A stretch of DNA of 64,000 nucleotides from Bacillota bacterium (lineage in GTDB: Bacteria; Bacillota; Dethiobacteria; DTU022), in contig JAKPEE010000128.1 of the NCBI GenBank assembly GCA_029552125.1, positions 6,609-70,608 of the forward strand. Direction: 5' to 3'. The notes beneath the pieces were generated by a model, which saw only the letters and a list, made by a program, of their open reading frames with translations, was not told the DNA's origin and made no database searches. Positions 26,580-36,688 of this stretch are shown here, in pieces; positions within the stretch are counted from its first letter, which is position 1, and every line of letters begins with the position of its first letter. The position numbers and the translations under genes were made by a program.

Positions 26580-26668
26580 GAACCTGTCACATTGCAGTAT
26601 TTCTGCTATCACATAGGGGCATACAAGTTCATATACTAGGGTATATCAGCTTGACGGAGGCGTTTTTG

Positions 26669-27331
26669 ATGAATGCCCATCAATATTGCCGTATCAAAAG
26701 AAAAATAAAAAAATGTATCGAAGAAAAGGCAAGAAATATCCGCAGCCTGAGCTGCGACCGGGATCGGGTTGGCGTCTGCGGCTTAAGCGTTGACGAGAGT
26801 ACGCTTTCCCCGGTAAAAACAGATATGCATCGTGTTGTGGCCACGCTTCCCAGCGCCAGCACCCATTCGCAGATAGGGAAGCTCTTTGGAGCCGTTTTAA
26901 ATATATTCACCAATTCGGGCATAAACTTTCAGCTACTTTTTAATAATCCTTCAACGCAAACCATGTATCTTGATAAAATCATCTTCGGTTCCATCGTTTT
27001 TCCCAGGGAAATTCCCCAAAACTATTTGGAGAGCGTGCTAATTAGAATAAGAAAGAACGCTACTATTGTTGATAGCGGGGAACCTGGAGTGGTAGTAAAT
27101 CTCAATACTGCTTTTCCCGATGCTTCTTCTGTTGTACTCACCCAAAACCCGACCGTTACGGGTGGCTTTACCATTTTTAACGTCAGAACGCTGGGCTATG
27201 CATCAATCGATTTTGACGGGCGCATTGTGGTTGCCCCCCAGACCAATCTAGTTGTGGAACATTTATTCGATGACTTCCCGCTGGATCACAGTGTCAATTT
27301 CCGGTCAACCATAATCTGGTATGAGTTGTAA
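26669..27331 (+). CDS. hypothetical protein (220 aa from ATG 26669)
   Basis: Long ORF with lower GC than its surroundings. The basic Cys-containing N-terminus is followed by a region that looks beta-rich. I recognise no family. Confidence 0.45.
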   Translation: MNAHQYCRIKRKIKKCIEEKARNIRSLSCDRDRVGVCGLSVDESTLSPVKTDMHRVVATLPSASTHSQIGKLFGAVLNIFTNSGINFQLLFNNPSTQTMYLDKIIFGSIVFPREIPQNYLESVLIRIRKNATIVDSGEPGVVVNLNTAFPDASSVVLTQNPTVTGGFTIFNVRTLGYASIDFDGRIVVAPQTNLVVEHLFDDFPLDHSVNFRSTIIWYEL

Positions 27332-27468
27332 TCAGAACAGCAAGCAGTTTTGGCCTTTACCGTGTCTAGTCCATGGAAGTAATATAGAAAGGGCCTTTTT
27401 TTGTCTCCAAAAGCTTTGACCCAGACCGCGCCTATTCAATAATTTAGTAGACTGAAAATCTTCCAGGG

Positions 27469-27477
27469 TGTTATAAT
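27469..27477 (+). promoter_or_regulatory. extended -10 promoter candidate (TGtTATAAT)
   Basis: TGTTATAAT lies about 67 nt upstream of the DUF433 start. Confidence 0.45.
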
Positions 27478-27543
27478 ATAGAAAAAAAATGGGCATGGGT
27501 GGATAGTGAACTTGTGGATCACTATCCAAAAAGGGTGATTTTT

Positions 27544-27795
27544 ATGGATAAAAATAATCAACTGCTCCTTGAGCGGATTACTATTAACCCCGATGTGATG
27601 GTGGGCAAGCCTACAATCAGGGGGCTAAGAATCACTGTTGGGCAAATACTAAAAGCTCTGTCGGGGGGTCTTACTCAGAACGATCTTCTTGAAGATTACC
27701 CGGAACTAGAACCGGAAGATATTCAGGCTGCATTGCTATACGCCGCTGAACGGGTCGGAGAGGAACGCGTTTTTAAGATTGACACAGGGGTCTGA
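27544..27795 (+). CDS. DUF433 family protein (antitoxin-like partner of DUF5615)
   Basis: ITINPDVMVGKPTIRGLRITVGQILKAL..G.....LLEDYPELEPEDIQAAL is the DUF433 pattern. Confidence 0.75.
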   Translation: MDKNNQLLLERITINPDVMVGKPTIRGLRITVGQILKALSGGLTQNDLLEDYPELEPEDIQAALLYAAERVGEERVFKIDTGV

Positions 27796-27797
27796 TT

Positions 27798-28159
27798 ATG
27801 AGCGAAAGCCAGCTAAAATTTCTTGTCGATGTCGGAGTTGGTATTAAGTAGAATCCTGGCTTATTGAACAAGGATATGATACCAAAAGTATTAGAAACAT
27901 TGATCCCAGAATGCCAGACCAAAAGATCTTAAAAATAGCAGTACACGAAAATCGCATGGTGCTTACCATGGATAAAGACTTTGGAGATCTTGTTTACAAC
28001 TCCGGCTTACCGCATGCCGGAGTTTTACTATTACGCGTTGAGGACTATAGCGCTAAAGAAAAATTGGCCCTGGTAGAAAAAATTCTAAGGAAGTACCGGG
28101 ACCATATTCATGGCAAGTTCTGTGTGTATAAAGATAACAAACTAAGGATCAGACCTTAA
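27798..28159 (+). pseudogene. DUF5615 (PIN-like/Mut7-C-like) toxin-like gene disrupted by a frameshift and an in-frame TAG at 27849
   Basis: MSESQLKFLVDVGVGIK* then continues in another frame as VESWLIEQGYDTKSIRNIDPRMPDQKILKIAVHENRMVLTMDKDFGDLV.. (ORF 27911..28159). The length of 362 nt is 3n+2. Confidence 0.7.
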
Positions 28160-28250
28160 GGCCCTGACTTATGAAAGTTTATGCTTACGTGCTGCTCTCT
28201 GTGCTGCTGTGTTAATATTTAATAAATAAACAAAGCATTGCCGGGAGGAA

Positions 28251-29879
28251 GTGCTCAAGATGAGGACGTTGCTGAAAAATGGCCGGGTGATTGACGGAAG
28301 CGGCCGGCCTGCATTTGAAGGATCGGTGATTATTGAAGGAAAGAAGATTGCCCGGGTAATCGAGGGGCCCTGTCCCTCGGATTTTGATGGAGAAGTGGTT
28401 GATTGCACCGGCCTGACCATCGCGCCGGGCTTCATTGATGCCCACTCGCACAATGACTGGTTTGCCGCGCGGCAGGATCCGATCCCTTATTTTAAGCCCT
28501 TTGCCGAGCAGGGGATTACTACGCAGGTCGTGGGCAACTGCGGCTTTTCACCGTTTGGATACGAGGCGGGGACGCCTCACCTGGCGCTTATCGGCGGCGG
28601 GCTTTTCCAGGCCGGGGAGGCCGGGAGTGATTTTGGCTCTTTTGCCGGCTGGCGGGAGGCGGCGGAGAAGAAGACCCCCCTTAACCTGGCGCCGCTCCAG
28701 GGGCATGGCACGATCAGGACGGGGATCTGTGGCTACGAGAACCGCCCCTTGACCAGAGATGAGCTGGCCCGGCGCGATAGTGTCCTGGAGCAATCGCTGG
28801 AGCAGGGTGCCTTTGGAGCTTCCTTCGGGTTGATGTATGAACCGGATCGCTACGCCACGGCAGAGGAGCTGGAAAGTGCCGCGCGCATTGTGGCGAAATA
28901 CAATGGCATTTTAACCGTGCATGCCCGCGCCCTTTCGGCCGCCTCCACCTCGTACAGCCCCCCGTTTGGCGGCCGGCCCCACAATCTCCGGGCCCTGGAT
29001 GAGATGATGGCCCTGGCCAGGCGCACCGGGGTTAAGTTGCAATATTCGCATCTTATCTTTGTCGGGGAATCCTCGTGGAAAACAGTCGATGAGAGCCTCG
29101 AGCTGATTGACCGGTTCCGCGCGGAGGGGTACGATTTTGCCTATGATCTTTATTCCATGACCTTCGGGGTTTCGGTAATTACGGTGGTCTTGCCAAGCTG
29201 GTATCTCTCCATGCCCCCGGCGAAGCGCTCCAGCCCGTGGGCCAGGCTGCGCCTGGCTGCGGAGGTAAGCCTGACCAAAAAGATCCTCGGTTTCGGCTTT
29301 GAGGATATTATGATTGCCTGGATTGGCGAAGGTTACGAGGCGTTGTGCGGCAAGCGCGTCTCCGAGATTGCCAGGGAGTGGAAGATGTCAGAACTTGATA
29401 CCTATATTAAACTGGTTGAGCTTAGCCAGGCCCGGGGCAGGGTCAATATGTACAAGTATTATCATGAGGACATCGTCACCAGGCTAATCCGCCACAAGCC
29501 TTCCCTTTTCATGACCGATGCCTGGATTGAGGAAAAAGGGGTCCAGAATGCCTCTGCCTACGGAGCCTACCCGAAGTTCCTGGCCCTTTCACGAGAGGGC
29601 CGCGGCCTTCCACTCGAGGAAACTGTTAACAAGATGACAGGGGCGGTAGCCGACAGGTTTTCACTTAAAGGCAGGGGCTACCTGAGGGAAGGCTGCGCTG
29701 CGGATATCACTGTCTTCAATGCCGCCACGGTGGCCCATAATGGCGACGAACCGGTTCGCCCCAGGGGCATAGAGTATGTCTACATCAACGGTAAGAAGGT
29801 TGTCAGCGGAGGCCTCGCCGATGAATCCACCATGGAGGGCAGCGGCACTGTCCTGCAGAGGGATTCATCTTCGGTATAG
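28251..29879 (+). CDS. N-acyl-D-amino-acid deacylase (D-aminoacylase) family amidohydrolase
   Basis: LLKNGRVIDGSG...APGFIDAHSHND is the metal-binding amidohydrolase N-terminus. At 542 aa, the length and C-terminal beta region fit D-aminoacylases. Confidence 0.7.
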   Translation: MLKMRTLLKNGRVIDGSGRPAFEGSVIIEGKKIARVIEGPCPSDFDGEVVDCTGLTIAPGFIDAHSHNDWFAARQDPIPYFKPFAEQGITTQVVGNCGFSPFGYEAGTPHLALIGGGLFQAGEAGSDFGSFAGWREAAEKKTPLNLAPLQGHGTIRTGICGYENRPLTRDELARRDSVLEQSLEQGAFGASFGLMYEPDRYATAEELESAARIVAKYNGILTVHARALSAASTSYSPPFGGRPHNLRALDEMMALARRTGVKLQYSHLIFVGESSWKTVDESLELIDRFRAEGYDFAYDLYSMTFGVSVITVVLPSWYLSMPPAKRSSPWARLRLAAEVSLTKKILGFGFEDIMIAWIGEGYEALCGKRVSEIAREWKMSELDTYIKLVELSQARGRVNMYKYYHEDIVTRLIRHKPSLFMTDAWIEEKGVQNASAYGAYPKFLALSREGRGLPLEETVNKMTGAVADRFSLKGRGYLREGCAADITVFNAATVAHNGDEPVRPRGIEYVYINGKKVVSGGLADESTMEGSGTVLQRDSSSV

Positions 29880-30067
29880 AGAATCGAGGTTTTCCTGTTG
29901 GCAGGTGTTCTTCTCCCGCTGTTTAAGTCAACATCGCCAGGTTGAAGAAGCGATCAGTACTTTTTACCTTAACAGAACATAAAGATTCAGTGCGGTAATC
30001 ATAGCAAGCCTATATCGTCCTTGCGGTGCAGCCGTCTCATTGACCGGCCGGCGCCGCGGATCCGTAA

Positions 30068-30107
30068 ATTCCCTCTCCCCTGGTGGGAAAGGGCCAGGGA
30101 GAGGGGG
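30068..30107 (-). repeat. REP-like C-rich/G-rich hairpin repeat (inverted orientation)
   Basis: ATTCCCTCTCCCCTGGTGGGAAAGGGCCAGGGAGAGGGGG. Same family as 41088, 51826, 56854, 57028 and 63861. Confidence 0.7.
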
Positions 30108-30230
30108 AAAAATCGTAGCTTTAGAGGTAGACATACCGGGTCCGGGGCATTGCCTGGCTAGCCAATCTATGCTACTATGTGTAGAGATTGCTAAAAGTGG
30201 CCAACCAGAAAAGAAAGGAGTAGAGGTGAA

Positions 30231-30854
30231 GTGAGTAGAGAAAAACTGTTTCACCTGGTCGGTCTGCTTTTAATCGTGTTGTTGCTTTTGGTGGCGGTCG
30301 GATGTGGGGCCCCGGAAGAGGAAGCGGGGGAAGAACAGTCCGGGGATGAACCCGCGGGTGAAGAAGAAGCCGGTGAAACTGAAAACGGGGAAACGGCTGC
30401 TGAAGGGTACTTTTATCCGCGCATCTTTGAGGGGACGCTGCGCCTTTCCACGGGCGAAGTGATCACCGGGATTAATCCTTCTGAATCGGTTCCGGGCTTT
30501 ACCCATGAATTAACCCCGGATTATACTTACAATGGGGAATTAAAGTGGATCGTCACCGAAAACGACCCCTTGGCCGTAGAATGGGCCGAGCTGACCTTTG
30601 AAGTGGAAGATCACTACCTCGAGGAAACAGATGAAGATTTCATGATCGAGTTTAATATCCGCATCGAAGACTTCTTCGACAACAACCCGGCCTCGGGCCC
30701 CGGTATCAATTCGTATGAACTCGATATCGTGGAAAATGTGCGCGGCTTTGAGATCGCCATCTCCCGGATCACGCTGGGCAAGCAGCAGGAAAGCACGGAG
30801 GGCAAGTTAATCGACTTTGTCGCCCTGGAAGTGCAAATGCGCAACACCAGGTAA
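30231..30854 (+). CDS. lipoprotein with an acidic linker
   Basis: Signal and lipobox LLLLVAVGC|GAPEEEAGEEQSGDE. Confidence 0.65.
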   Translation: MSREKLFHLVGLLLIVLLLLVAVGCGAPEEEAGEEQSGDEPAGEEEAGETENGETAAEGYFYPRIFEGTLRLSTGEVITGINPSESVPGFTHELTPDYTYNGELKWIVTENDPLAVEWAELTFEVEDHYLEETDEDFMIEFNIRIEDFFDNNPASGPGINSYELDIVENVRGFEIAISRITLGKQQESTEGKLIDFVALEVQMRNTR

Positions 30855-30896
30855 GGGAACGATCGGGCGTAGGATCGATTGACGAGAATGCTGTTC

Positions 30897-30916
30897 AGGG
30901 GGCAGTACTGCCCCTT
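30897..30916 (+). terminator. possible terminator hairpin
   Basis: AGGGGGCAGTACTGCCCCTT. The U-tract is weak. Confidence 0.35.
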
Positions 30917-31128
30917 ATTAACTATTAACCAACTTTCTTATACCCGCGGGTAATTGCCGCCGCATACAGTTTTCAGGAGGCTTTGCTTCGCGGGATTTTA
31001 TTTTGGACAGGATGCCTCACATGGCGATACCGGCGATAAAGATCGCCGGCATTTAAAGCAAAAGCGCATTGCACGCTTTAAAGAGCCGGGGAAAAGCTGA
31101 TAAAATTATTCAGAATAGTGATTATTTA

Positions 31129-31137
31129 TGTTATAAT
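31129..31137 (+). promoter_or_regulatory. extended -10 promoter candidate (TGtTATAAT)
   Basis: It lies about 60 nt upstream of the GTG at 31196, which has an AAAGGAGG RBS. Confidence 0.5.
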
Positions 31138-31195
31138 AGGACAAACTCCCGGGACAATTCTGCCTCTATGAAATTTCAAAGGAGGTTGTTCTACA

Positions 31196-32071
31196 GTGGA
31201 TGTAAACCAGATCAAGCGCATTCTGGTCGTCGGCGCAGGGAACATGGGGCACCAGATTTCCCTGGCCTGTGCCCTGGCGGGCTTTAAAACCAACTGCTGC
31301 GACAGCAGCAAGACCCAGCTTAAGAAGGCGGAAGCTTTTGTCCAGAGCTATCTGCCCGGACGGGTGGCTAAGGGCAAACTGACGGAAGAGGCGGCCAAAG
31401 CCGCGGCAAAAAACCTTCGCTTTTACAGCAACCTGGAGGAAGCCGCCGCGGAGGCGGATTTTGTGATCGAGGCGGTTACGGAAAAGCTCGACTTGAAAAG
31501 AGAGGTTTTTAAGCAGTTGGACCGGCTCTGCCCGAAGCATGCCATCCTGGCTACCAACAGCTCGTTTTTCGTCAGCTCCCTTTTGGCCAGAGTGACCGAA
31601 CGGCCCGGGCAGGTCTGCAACATGCACTTTTTCAATCCCGCTTTAGTGATGAAATGCGTGGAGGTGGTGCAGGGGCCCCATACCTCCGCGGAAACCGCGG
31701 CGGCGGCCATGGCCCTGGCCAAAAAGCTGGGCAAGGTGCCGGTGCTGCTGCATAAAGAAATTTACGGCTTTCTGGTTAACCGCATCCTCGCCCGTATTAC
31801 CGAAGAAGCCCTGTTTTTACTGGACACCGGCGTCGCCTCTGCAGAGGATATCGACAGCGCCGTGGTCAATGCCCTGGGCCACCCCATGGGACCTTTCCGG
31901 CTGATGGACTTAACCGGTATAGACTTAAGTTATCATATCAGCATGGAGCGCTACCGGAGAACGGGAGACCCCAAAGACAAACCTTCGCCCACTGTAGTGG
32001 AGAAATATGTTAAAGGGGAGTGGGGGCGCAAGACCGGGCGCGGTTTTTATCGTTACGACGACGACAAGTAA
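31196..32071 (+). CDS. hbd: 3-hydroxyacyl-CoA / 3-hydroxybutyryl-CoA dehydrogenase
   Basis: Rossmann motif ILVVGAGNMGHQIS. 291 aa. The C-terminal ..GRKTGRGFY.Y is typical of 3HCDH. Confidence 0.75.
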   Translation: MDVNQIKRILVVGAGNMGHQISLACALAGFKTNCCDSSKTQLKKAEAFVQSYLPGRVAKGKLTEEAAKAAAKNLRFYSNLEEAAAEADFVIEAVTEKLDLKREVFKQLDRLCPKHAILATNSSFFVSSLLARVTERPGQVCNMHFFNPALVMKCVEVVQGPHTSAETAAAAMALAKKLGKVPVLLHKEIYGFLVNRILARITEEALFLLDTGVASAEDIDSAVVNALGHPMGPFRLMDLTGIDLSYHISMERYRRTGDPKDKPSPTVVEKYVKGEWGRKTGRGFYRYDDDK

Positions 32072-32129
32072 TGAACAGGCTACCCCCGGCATAGTATTGA
32101 TACCAGCATGATCCTTGAGGGGGTATATT

Positions 32130-34820
32130 GTGTTCGCGGAATGGACTACCTTAAGCGGGGAAGAGGTTTGCCGCCGCCTGGACCTGGACCCCACGCGCGG
32201 CTTGCCGGAAGGGGAGGTCCAGCGCCGCCGGCAACGCTGGGGTGAAAATATCCTGGCCGGGGCTCCCCGCCTTTCTATACTGGCCCTGTTATTAAACCAG
32301 TTTAAAGATTTTATGGTCCTTGTTCTTTTAGGAGCGACGCTGTTATCCGCCCTGCTGGGCGAATACAGCGACGCTCTTACTATTATTATCATTGTCTTGA
32401 TTAACGCCGGCCTCGGGCTGATCCAGGAATACCGGGCCGAGCGTTCCCTGGCCGCCCTCAAAAAGCTGGCCGCCCCCCGGGCCAGGGTGCTCAGATCAGG
32501 AGAAATCAGGCTTATCCCGGCGCGGGAAGTGGTGCCCGGTGATCTGGTTTTCCTGGAAGCGGGCGACCGCGTCAGTGTTGATTTGCGCCTGCTGGCCACG
32601 CAGTCGCTGGCGATCAACGAGGCCGCCCTCACCGGGGAAGCTGAAGCGGTGCTCAAGCGCTCCGCGCCGCTGCCCGCGGCTGCGGGAACGCCCGGAGACG
32701 CTTATAATATGGCCTTCAGCGGCACCGAAGTGCTTACCGGACGCGGGCAGGGCGTGGCCGTGGCCACGGGCATGAATACGGAGATCGGTCAAATCGCCCA
32801 TCTCATGGAAAGTGCCGAGCAGACCGCCACGCCGCTGCAGCAGCGCCTGGAACGGCTGGGCAAGATCCTGGTGGTTGCCTGCCTCGGGATTTGCGTGGGT
32901 GTAAGTCTTCTGGGCGTGGCGCGGGGTGAGCCCCTCTACGCCATGTTTATGTCCGGGATCAGCCTGGCCGTGGCGGCCATTCCCGAAGGGCTGCCGGCCA
33001 TCGTCACCGTAGCCCTGGCCCTGGGGGTGCAGCGCATGATCCGCCGCCGCGCCATCGTCCGCCGCCTGCCGGCGGTGGAAACCCTGGGGTCGGCATCGGT
33101 AATCTGCTCCGACAAAACAGGAACACTTACGGAGAACCGCATGAGTGTAAGCCGGCTTTATTGCGGCGGCAGCCTCTATAAAGTGGAAAAAGGCAAATTC
33201 CTGCGCCAGGAAGAGCGGGGCTGGGCCGGGGCCGGCCGGGCCGGCGCGGCAGATTTAAAGTTCGCTCTTTCCATTGCCGCCCGCTGTAATAACGCCTACC
33301 TGGAAAAGGGAAAGCCCAAAGGCGATCCTACCGAAGTGGCCCTGCTGGAGGCGGCCCGCCTGGCCGGAATTAAGGAAGCCGGCCAGGATCCGCGCCGCAA
33401 GCGGGAATTTCCCTTTACATCGGAGCGTAAAATGATGAGCGTGATCTGGAAAGAAGAGAACGGCCGCGACCGGTTGCTGTTAAAAGGGGCGCCGGAGCTG
33501 GTGCTGGAGCGATGCCGTTACATCGCGGGCGGAGGGCGGGTGCAGAATTTAGACCAGGCCCGGCGGAGGGAGCTGCTGGAGCAGGTGGAGCGCCTGGCTT
33601 CACTGGGGCTGCGCGCCCTGGCCGTGGCTTACCGCGATCTGCCGGCCGGTCCCGCCCCGGAAGAGCCGCAGCAGGCGGAGAGGGAACTGGTCTGGGCGGG
33701 CCTGCTGGGCCTTGAAGATCCGCCCCGCCCGGAGGTGCTTCCGGCCATCCGCCTCTGCCGCCGCGCCGGTATACGCGTCATTATGATCACCGGCGACCAT
33801 CGCGCCACTGCCGAAGCGATAGCCCGCCGCCTGGAAATACTCAGGCCGGGCGGAAAGATTATCACGGGTCAAGAGATGAATAATATGGACGACCGTGAAC
33901 TGCTGCGGCAGATTGGGCAGGTGCAGGTTTTCGCCCGCGTCAGCCCGGCCCATAAGCTGCGCATCGTGCGGGCGTTGAAATCGCAGCGTGAAGTGGTGGC
34001 CATGACCGGGGACGGGGTTAACGACGCCCCGGCCATCAAGGAGGCGGATATCGGTATCGCCATGGGGCGGACGGGGACGGATGTGACCCGGGAAACGGCG
34101 GATTTAATCTTAAGTGACGACAATTTTAGCACTATTGTCGCCGCCGTGGAAGAAGGCCGCAATATCTACGACAACATCCGCAAATTCATCCGCTTTCTTC
34201 TGGGCTGCAACACCGGTGAAGTTCTGACCATGGCCCTGGCCATTTTGGTAGGGCTGCCGCTGCCGCTGCGGCCAATCCAGATTTTATGGATCAACCTGAT
34301 TACCGACGGCCTGCCCGCCCTGGCCCTGGGGGTGGATGCTCCGGAAGAAATGCTGATGCACCAGCCGCCCCGCGGCCGCCATGAGGGAATTTTTAGCGGC
34401 GGGTTGTGGCTCAAACTCATTGTCAGGGGAGTGCTCATCGCCGCGATGACGGTAGGCGTTTTCACCCTGGTGCTGTCAGGAGGCGACCTGGTCAAAGCCC
34501 AAACCGTGGCTTTTGCCACGTTGATTACCGCCCAGTTGTTTTACGTTTTCGACTGCCGCAGCAGCGGCAAACCTTTTCAAAAAAGCTCCCGCCCTCCCAA
34601 CTGGTACCTCGTAGGGGCAGTCCTCTCTTCCACCGCCTTGATGCTTGCCGTGATTTACCAGCCATTCTTAAGCGGATTTTTTTATACTGTTCCGCTGGCC
34701 CTGGCCGACTGGGCGCTGATTGGAGCTGCGGGAATCATGCCTACCCTCCTGGATGGCGCTTTATTCTTCTTTAGCAGCGGCCTGCCCCGGTTTGCGAACC
34801 AAAAGGCGAAATTACGCTAG
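32130..34820 (+). CDS. yloB: P-type (IIA, Ca2+-type) cation-transporting ATPase, YloB-like
   Basis: ICSDKTGTLTENRM, MITGDHRATA and MTGDGVNDAPAIKEADIGIAMG. It sits immediately upstream of yicC, as in the B. subtilis ylo cluster. GTG at 32130 lies after GAGGGGG. Confidence 0.85.
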   Translation: MFAEWTTLSGEEVCRRLDLDPTRGLPEGEVQRRRQRWGENILAGAPRLSILALLLNQFKDFMVLVLLGATLLSALLGEYSDALTIIIIVLINAGLGLIQEYRAERSLAALKKLAAPRARVLRSGEIRLIPAREVVPGDLVFLEAGDRVSVDLRLLATQSLAINEAALTGEAEAVLKRSAPLPAAAGTPGDAYNMAFSGTEVLTGRGQGVAVATGMNTEIGQIAHLMESAEQTATPLQQRLERLGKILVVACLGICVGVSLLGVARGEPLYAMFMSGISLAVAAIPEGLPAIVTVALALGVQRMIRRRAIVRRLPAVETLGSASVICSDKTGTLTENRMSVSRLYCGGSLYKVEKGKFLRQEERGWAGAGRAGAADLKFALSIAARCNNAYLEKGKPKGDPTEVALLEAARLAGIKEAGQDPRRKREFPFTSERKMMSVIWKEENGRDRLLLKGAPELVLERCRYIAGGGRVQNLDQARRRELLEQVERLASLGLRALAVAYRDLPAGPAPEEPQQAERELVWAGLLGLEDPPRPEVLPAIRLCRRAGIRVIMITGDHRATAEAIARRLEILRPGGKIITGQEMNNMDDRELLRQIGQVQVFARVSPAHKLRIVRALKSQREVVAMTGDGVNDAPAIKEADIGIAMGRTGTDVTRETADLILSDDNFSTIVAAVEEGRNIYDNIRKFIRFLLGCNTGEVLTMALAILVGLPLPLRPIQILWINLITDGLPALALGVDAPEEMLMHQPPRGRHEGIFSGGLWLKLIVRGVLIAAMTVGVFTLVLSGGDLVKAQTVAFATLITAQLFYVFDCRSSGKPFQKSSRPPNWYLVGAVLSSTALMLAVIYQPFLSGFFYTVPLALADWALIGAAGIMPTLLDGALFFFSSGLPRFANQKAKLR

Positions 34821-34900
34821 TTTGCCTTGAGATCAGCTTCATTTGATGTTAAGATTAAGAAGAACTTCTGGATATTTTTACGCCTGAAAGGAATCATAAA

Positions 34901-35776
34901 TTGACTAACAGTATGACCGGTTACGGCCGGGGCAGCGGTTCGAAGAACGGATATGGCTTTCTTGTGGAGATGCGCTCGGTGAATCATCGCTACACCGACC
35001 TGGTGCTGCGCCTGCCGCGGGAGCTGTACGCCCTGGAAGATCGCATTCGCCGGCGGATTCTGGACCAGGTCAAGAGGGGCCGTGTGGAAGTAAGCATTAT
35101 CCTGGAAGAGACCCCGGCGGGAACCCAGGCCGTTGAGGTGAACCAGGATCTGGCCGAAGCCTATCTCGAGGCGCTGCGCCAGCTTTCCCGCCGGCTTGAC
35201 TTGCCCATGGAGGTGGGGCTGGATACCCTGGTGGGGCTGCCGGATGTGCTGAGCCTGCGAGGCATGGTTTTACCCGTTGATCTGGTCTGGCCGGCCCTGG
35301 AGGAGGCGCTGGACGAGGCGCTGTCCCTGCTCCTGCAGCAGCGTTCAGCCGAGGGAGCCAACCTGGCCGCAGATTTACTGGAGCGCTGCCGGCTGGTCCG
35401 GGAGATGATTCACACCGCCGCTGCCCGCGCCCCTGAAGCCCAGGAGGAGTGCCGCAGGAGGATGCAGCGCAAATTTGCCGAATACATGGCCGGGCAGTTT
35501 GAAGAGAACCGGGTTTTGATGGAATGCGCCCTGCTGGTGGAGCGGATGGGTATTGACGAAGAGCTGGTGCGGCTGCAAAGCCACCTGGACGCTTTTGAGA
35601 AAACCCTGGGGACGCCGGGACCGGTAGGCCGCAAACTGGACTTTGTGGCCCAGGAAATGTTCAGAGAGGTGAACACTATCGGGTCCAAAGCGGGTGATTA
35701 CGGCCTGGCCGCCCTGGTGGTGGATTTAAAGGCTGAACTGGAAAAAATACGGGAACAAATACAAAACATCGAGTGA
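34901..35776 (+). CDS. yicC: YicC/YloC family stress-induced endoribonuclease-like protein
   Basis: N-terminal SMTGYGRG and C-terminal [14 protein letters not shown]. Confidence 0.85.
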   Translation: MTNSMTGYGRGSGSKNGYGFLVEMRSVNHRYTDLVLRLPRELYALEDRIRRRILDQVKRGRVEVSIILEETPAGTQAVEVNQDLAEAYLEALRQLSRRLDLPMEVGLDTLVGLPDVLSLRGMVLPVDLVWPALEEALDEALSLLLQQRSAEGANLAADLLERCRLVREMIHTAAARAPEAQEECRRRMQRKFAEYMAGQFEENRVLMECALLVERMGIDEELVRLQSHLDAFEKTLGTPGPVGRKLDFVAQEMFREVNTIGSKAGDYGLAALVVDLKAELEKIREQIQNIE

Positions 35777-35789
35777 AGGAGGTTGCCAT

Positions 35790-36059
35790 ATGTCCATCAA
35801 ACTGATAAATATCGGGTTTGGAAATATTGTCTCGGCCGGGCGGATTATCGCCATTGTCAGCCCTGAATCTGCTCCCATTAAGAGGGTGATTAGCGAAGCC
35901 CGGGACCGGGGTACCCTCATTGATGCTACATACGGGCGGCGAACCCGGGCGGTTATCGTCGCCGACAGCGGCCACATTATTCTATCAGCGGTCCAGCCGG
36001 AAACAGTAAAACACCGCCTGCAGGCCCGGGAAACCGTTGCCGCCGAAGATGCGGAATGA
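35790..36059 (+). CDS. remA: RemA (DUF370) biofilm/extracellular-matrix regulator
   Basis: [32 protein letters not shown]... Confidence 0.85.
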   Translation: MSIKLINIGFGNIVSAGRIIAIVSPESAPIKRVISEARDRGTLIDATYGRRTRAVIVADSGHIILSAVQPETVKHRLQARETVAAEDAE

Positions 36060-36082
36060 ACGTTTTTCCGGGAGGCCGCTAG

Positions 36083-36688
36083 ATGAAAAAGGGATTGTTA
36101 ATCGTATTATCCGGCCCGTCAGGGGTGGGTAAAGGTACCGTTTGCCGCTCTTTGCAGGCCCGCATGCCCGGGCTGTGCTTTTCCGTATCGGCAACAACGC
36201 GGCCGCCCCGCCCCGGGGAAATCGAGGGCCGAGATTACTATTTTTTAAGCGATGATCATTTTCAACGGTTGCTGGCGGAAGGTGCATTCCTGGAATGGGC
36301 CCTGGTGCACGGCCGCCACTATGGCACTTTGAAAGATAAGGTTTCAAAAGTGCTGGCCTCCGGTAACGACCTGCTGCTGGAAATTGACATCCAGGGAGCG
36401 GAGCAGGTCCGCCGGCAGATGCCGGAAGCGGTGACCATCTTCATGGCTCCACCGTCCATGGCGGCGCTGGAGCAAAGAATCATCGGGCGCGGCACCGAGG
36501 ATGCCGTAAAAATCCGGCAGCGCCTGGAAGCAGCCCGCCGTGAAATGGAAGCATACCGCAACTATGAATACCTGGTAGTGAACGATGAGGTGGAAGCGAC
36601 CGCAGCCTTGCTGGCATCGATTATTCAATCTGAAAAATGCCGGGTAAGCCGGGGCGCCCGCCCGCCTGTACAGGAGGTGAGCGAATAA
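36083..36688 (+). CDS. gmk: guanylate kinase
   Basis: LSGPSGVGKGT, SATTRPPRPGE..G.DYYF. Confidence 0.9.
   Translation: MKKGLLIVLSGPSGVGKGTVCRSLQARMPGLCFSVSATTRPPRPGEIEGRDYYFLSDDHFQRLLAEGAFLEWALVHGRHYGTLKDKVSKVLASGNDLLLEIDIQGAEQVRRQMPEAVTIFMAPPSMAALEQRIIGRGTEDAVKIRQRLEAARREMEAYRNYEYLVVNDEVEATAALLASIIQSEKCRVSRGARPPVQEVSE

Larger units (their letters stand above)
25502..26587 (+). repeat. lipoprotein cassette B (leader, gene and terminator)
   Basis: See cassette A. It additionally contains a 19-nt tandem duplication of the RBS and start region at 25608..25645. Confidence 0.75.

Noticed and set aside
341-30900. Calling the whole accessory region a mobile element, prophage or integrative island
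   Set aside because: I could recognise no integrase, transposase, recombinase, tRNA attachment site or flanking direct repeats in the window. The left boundary lies outside the window.
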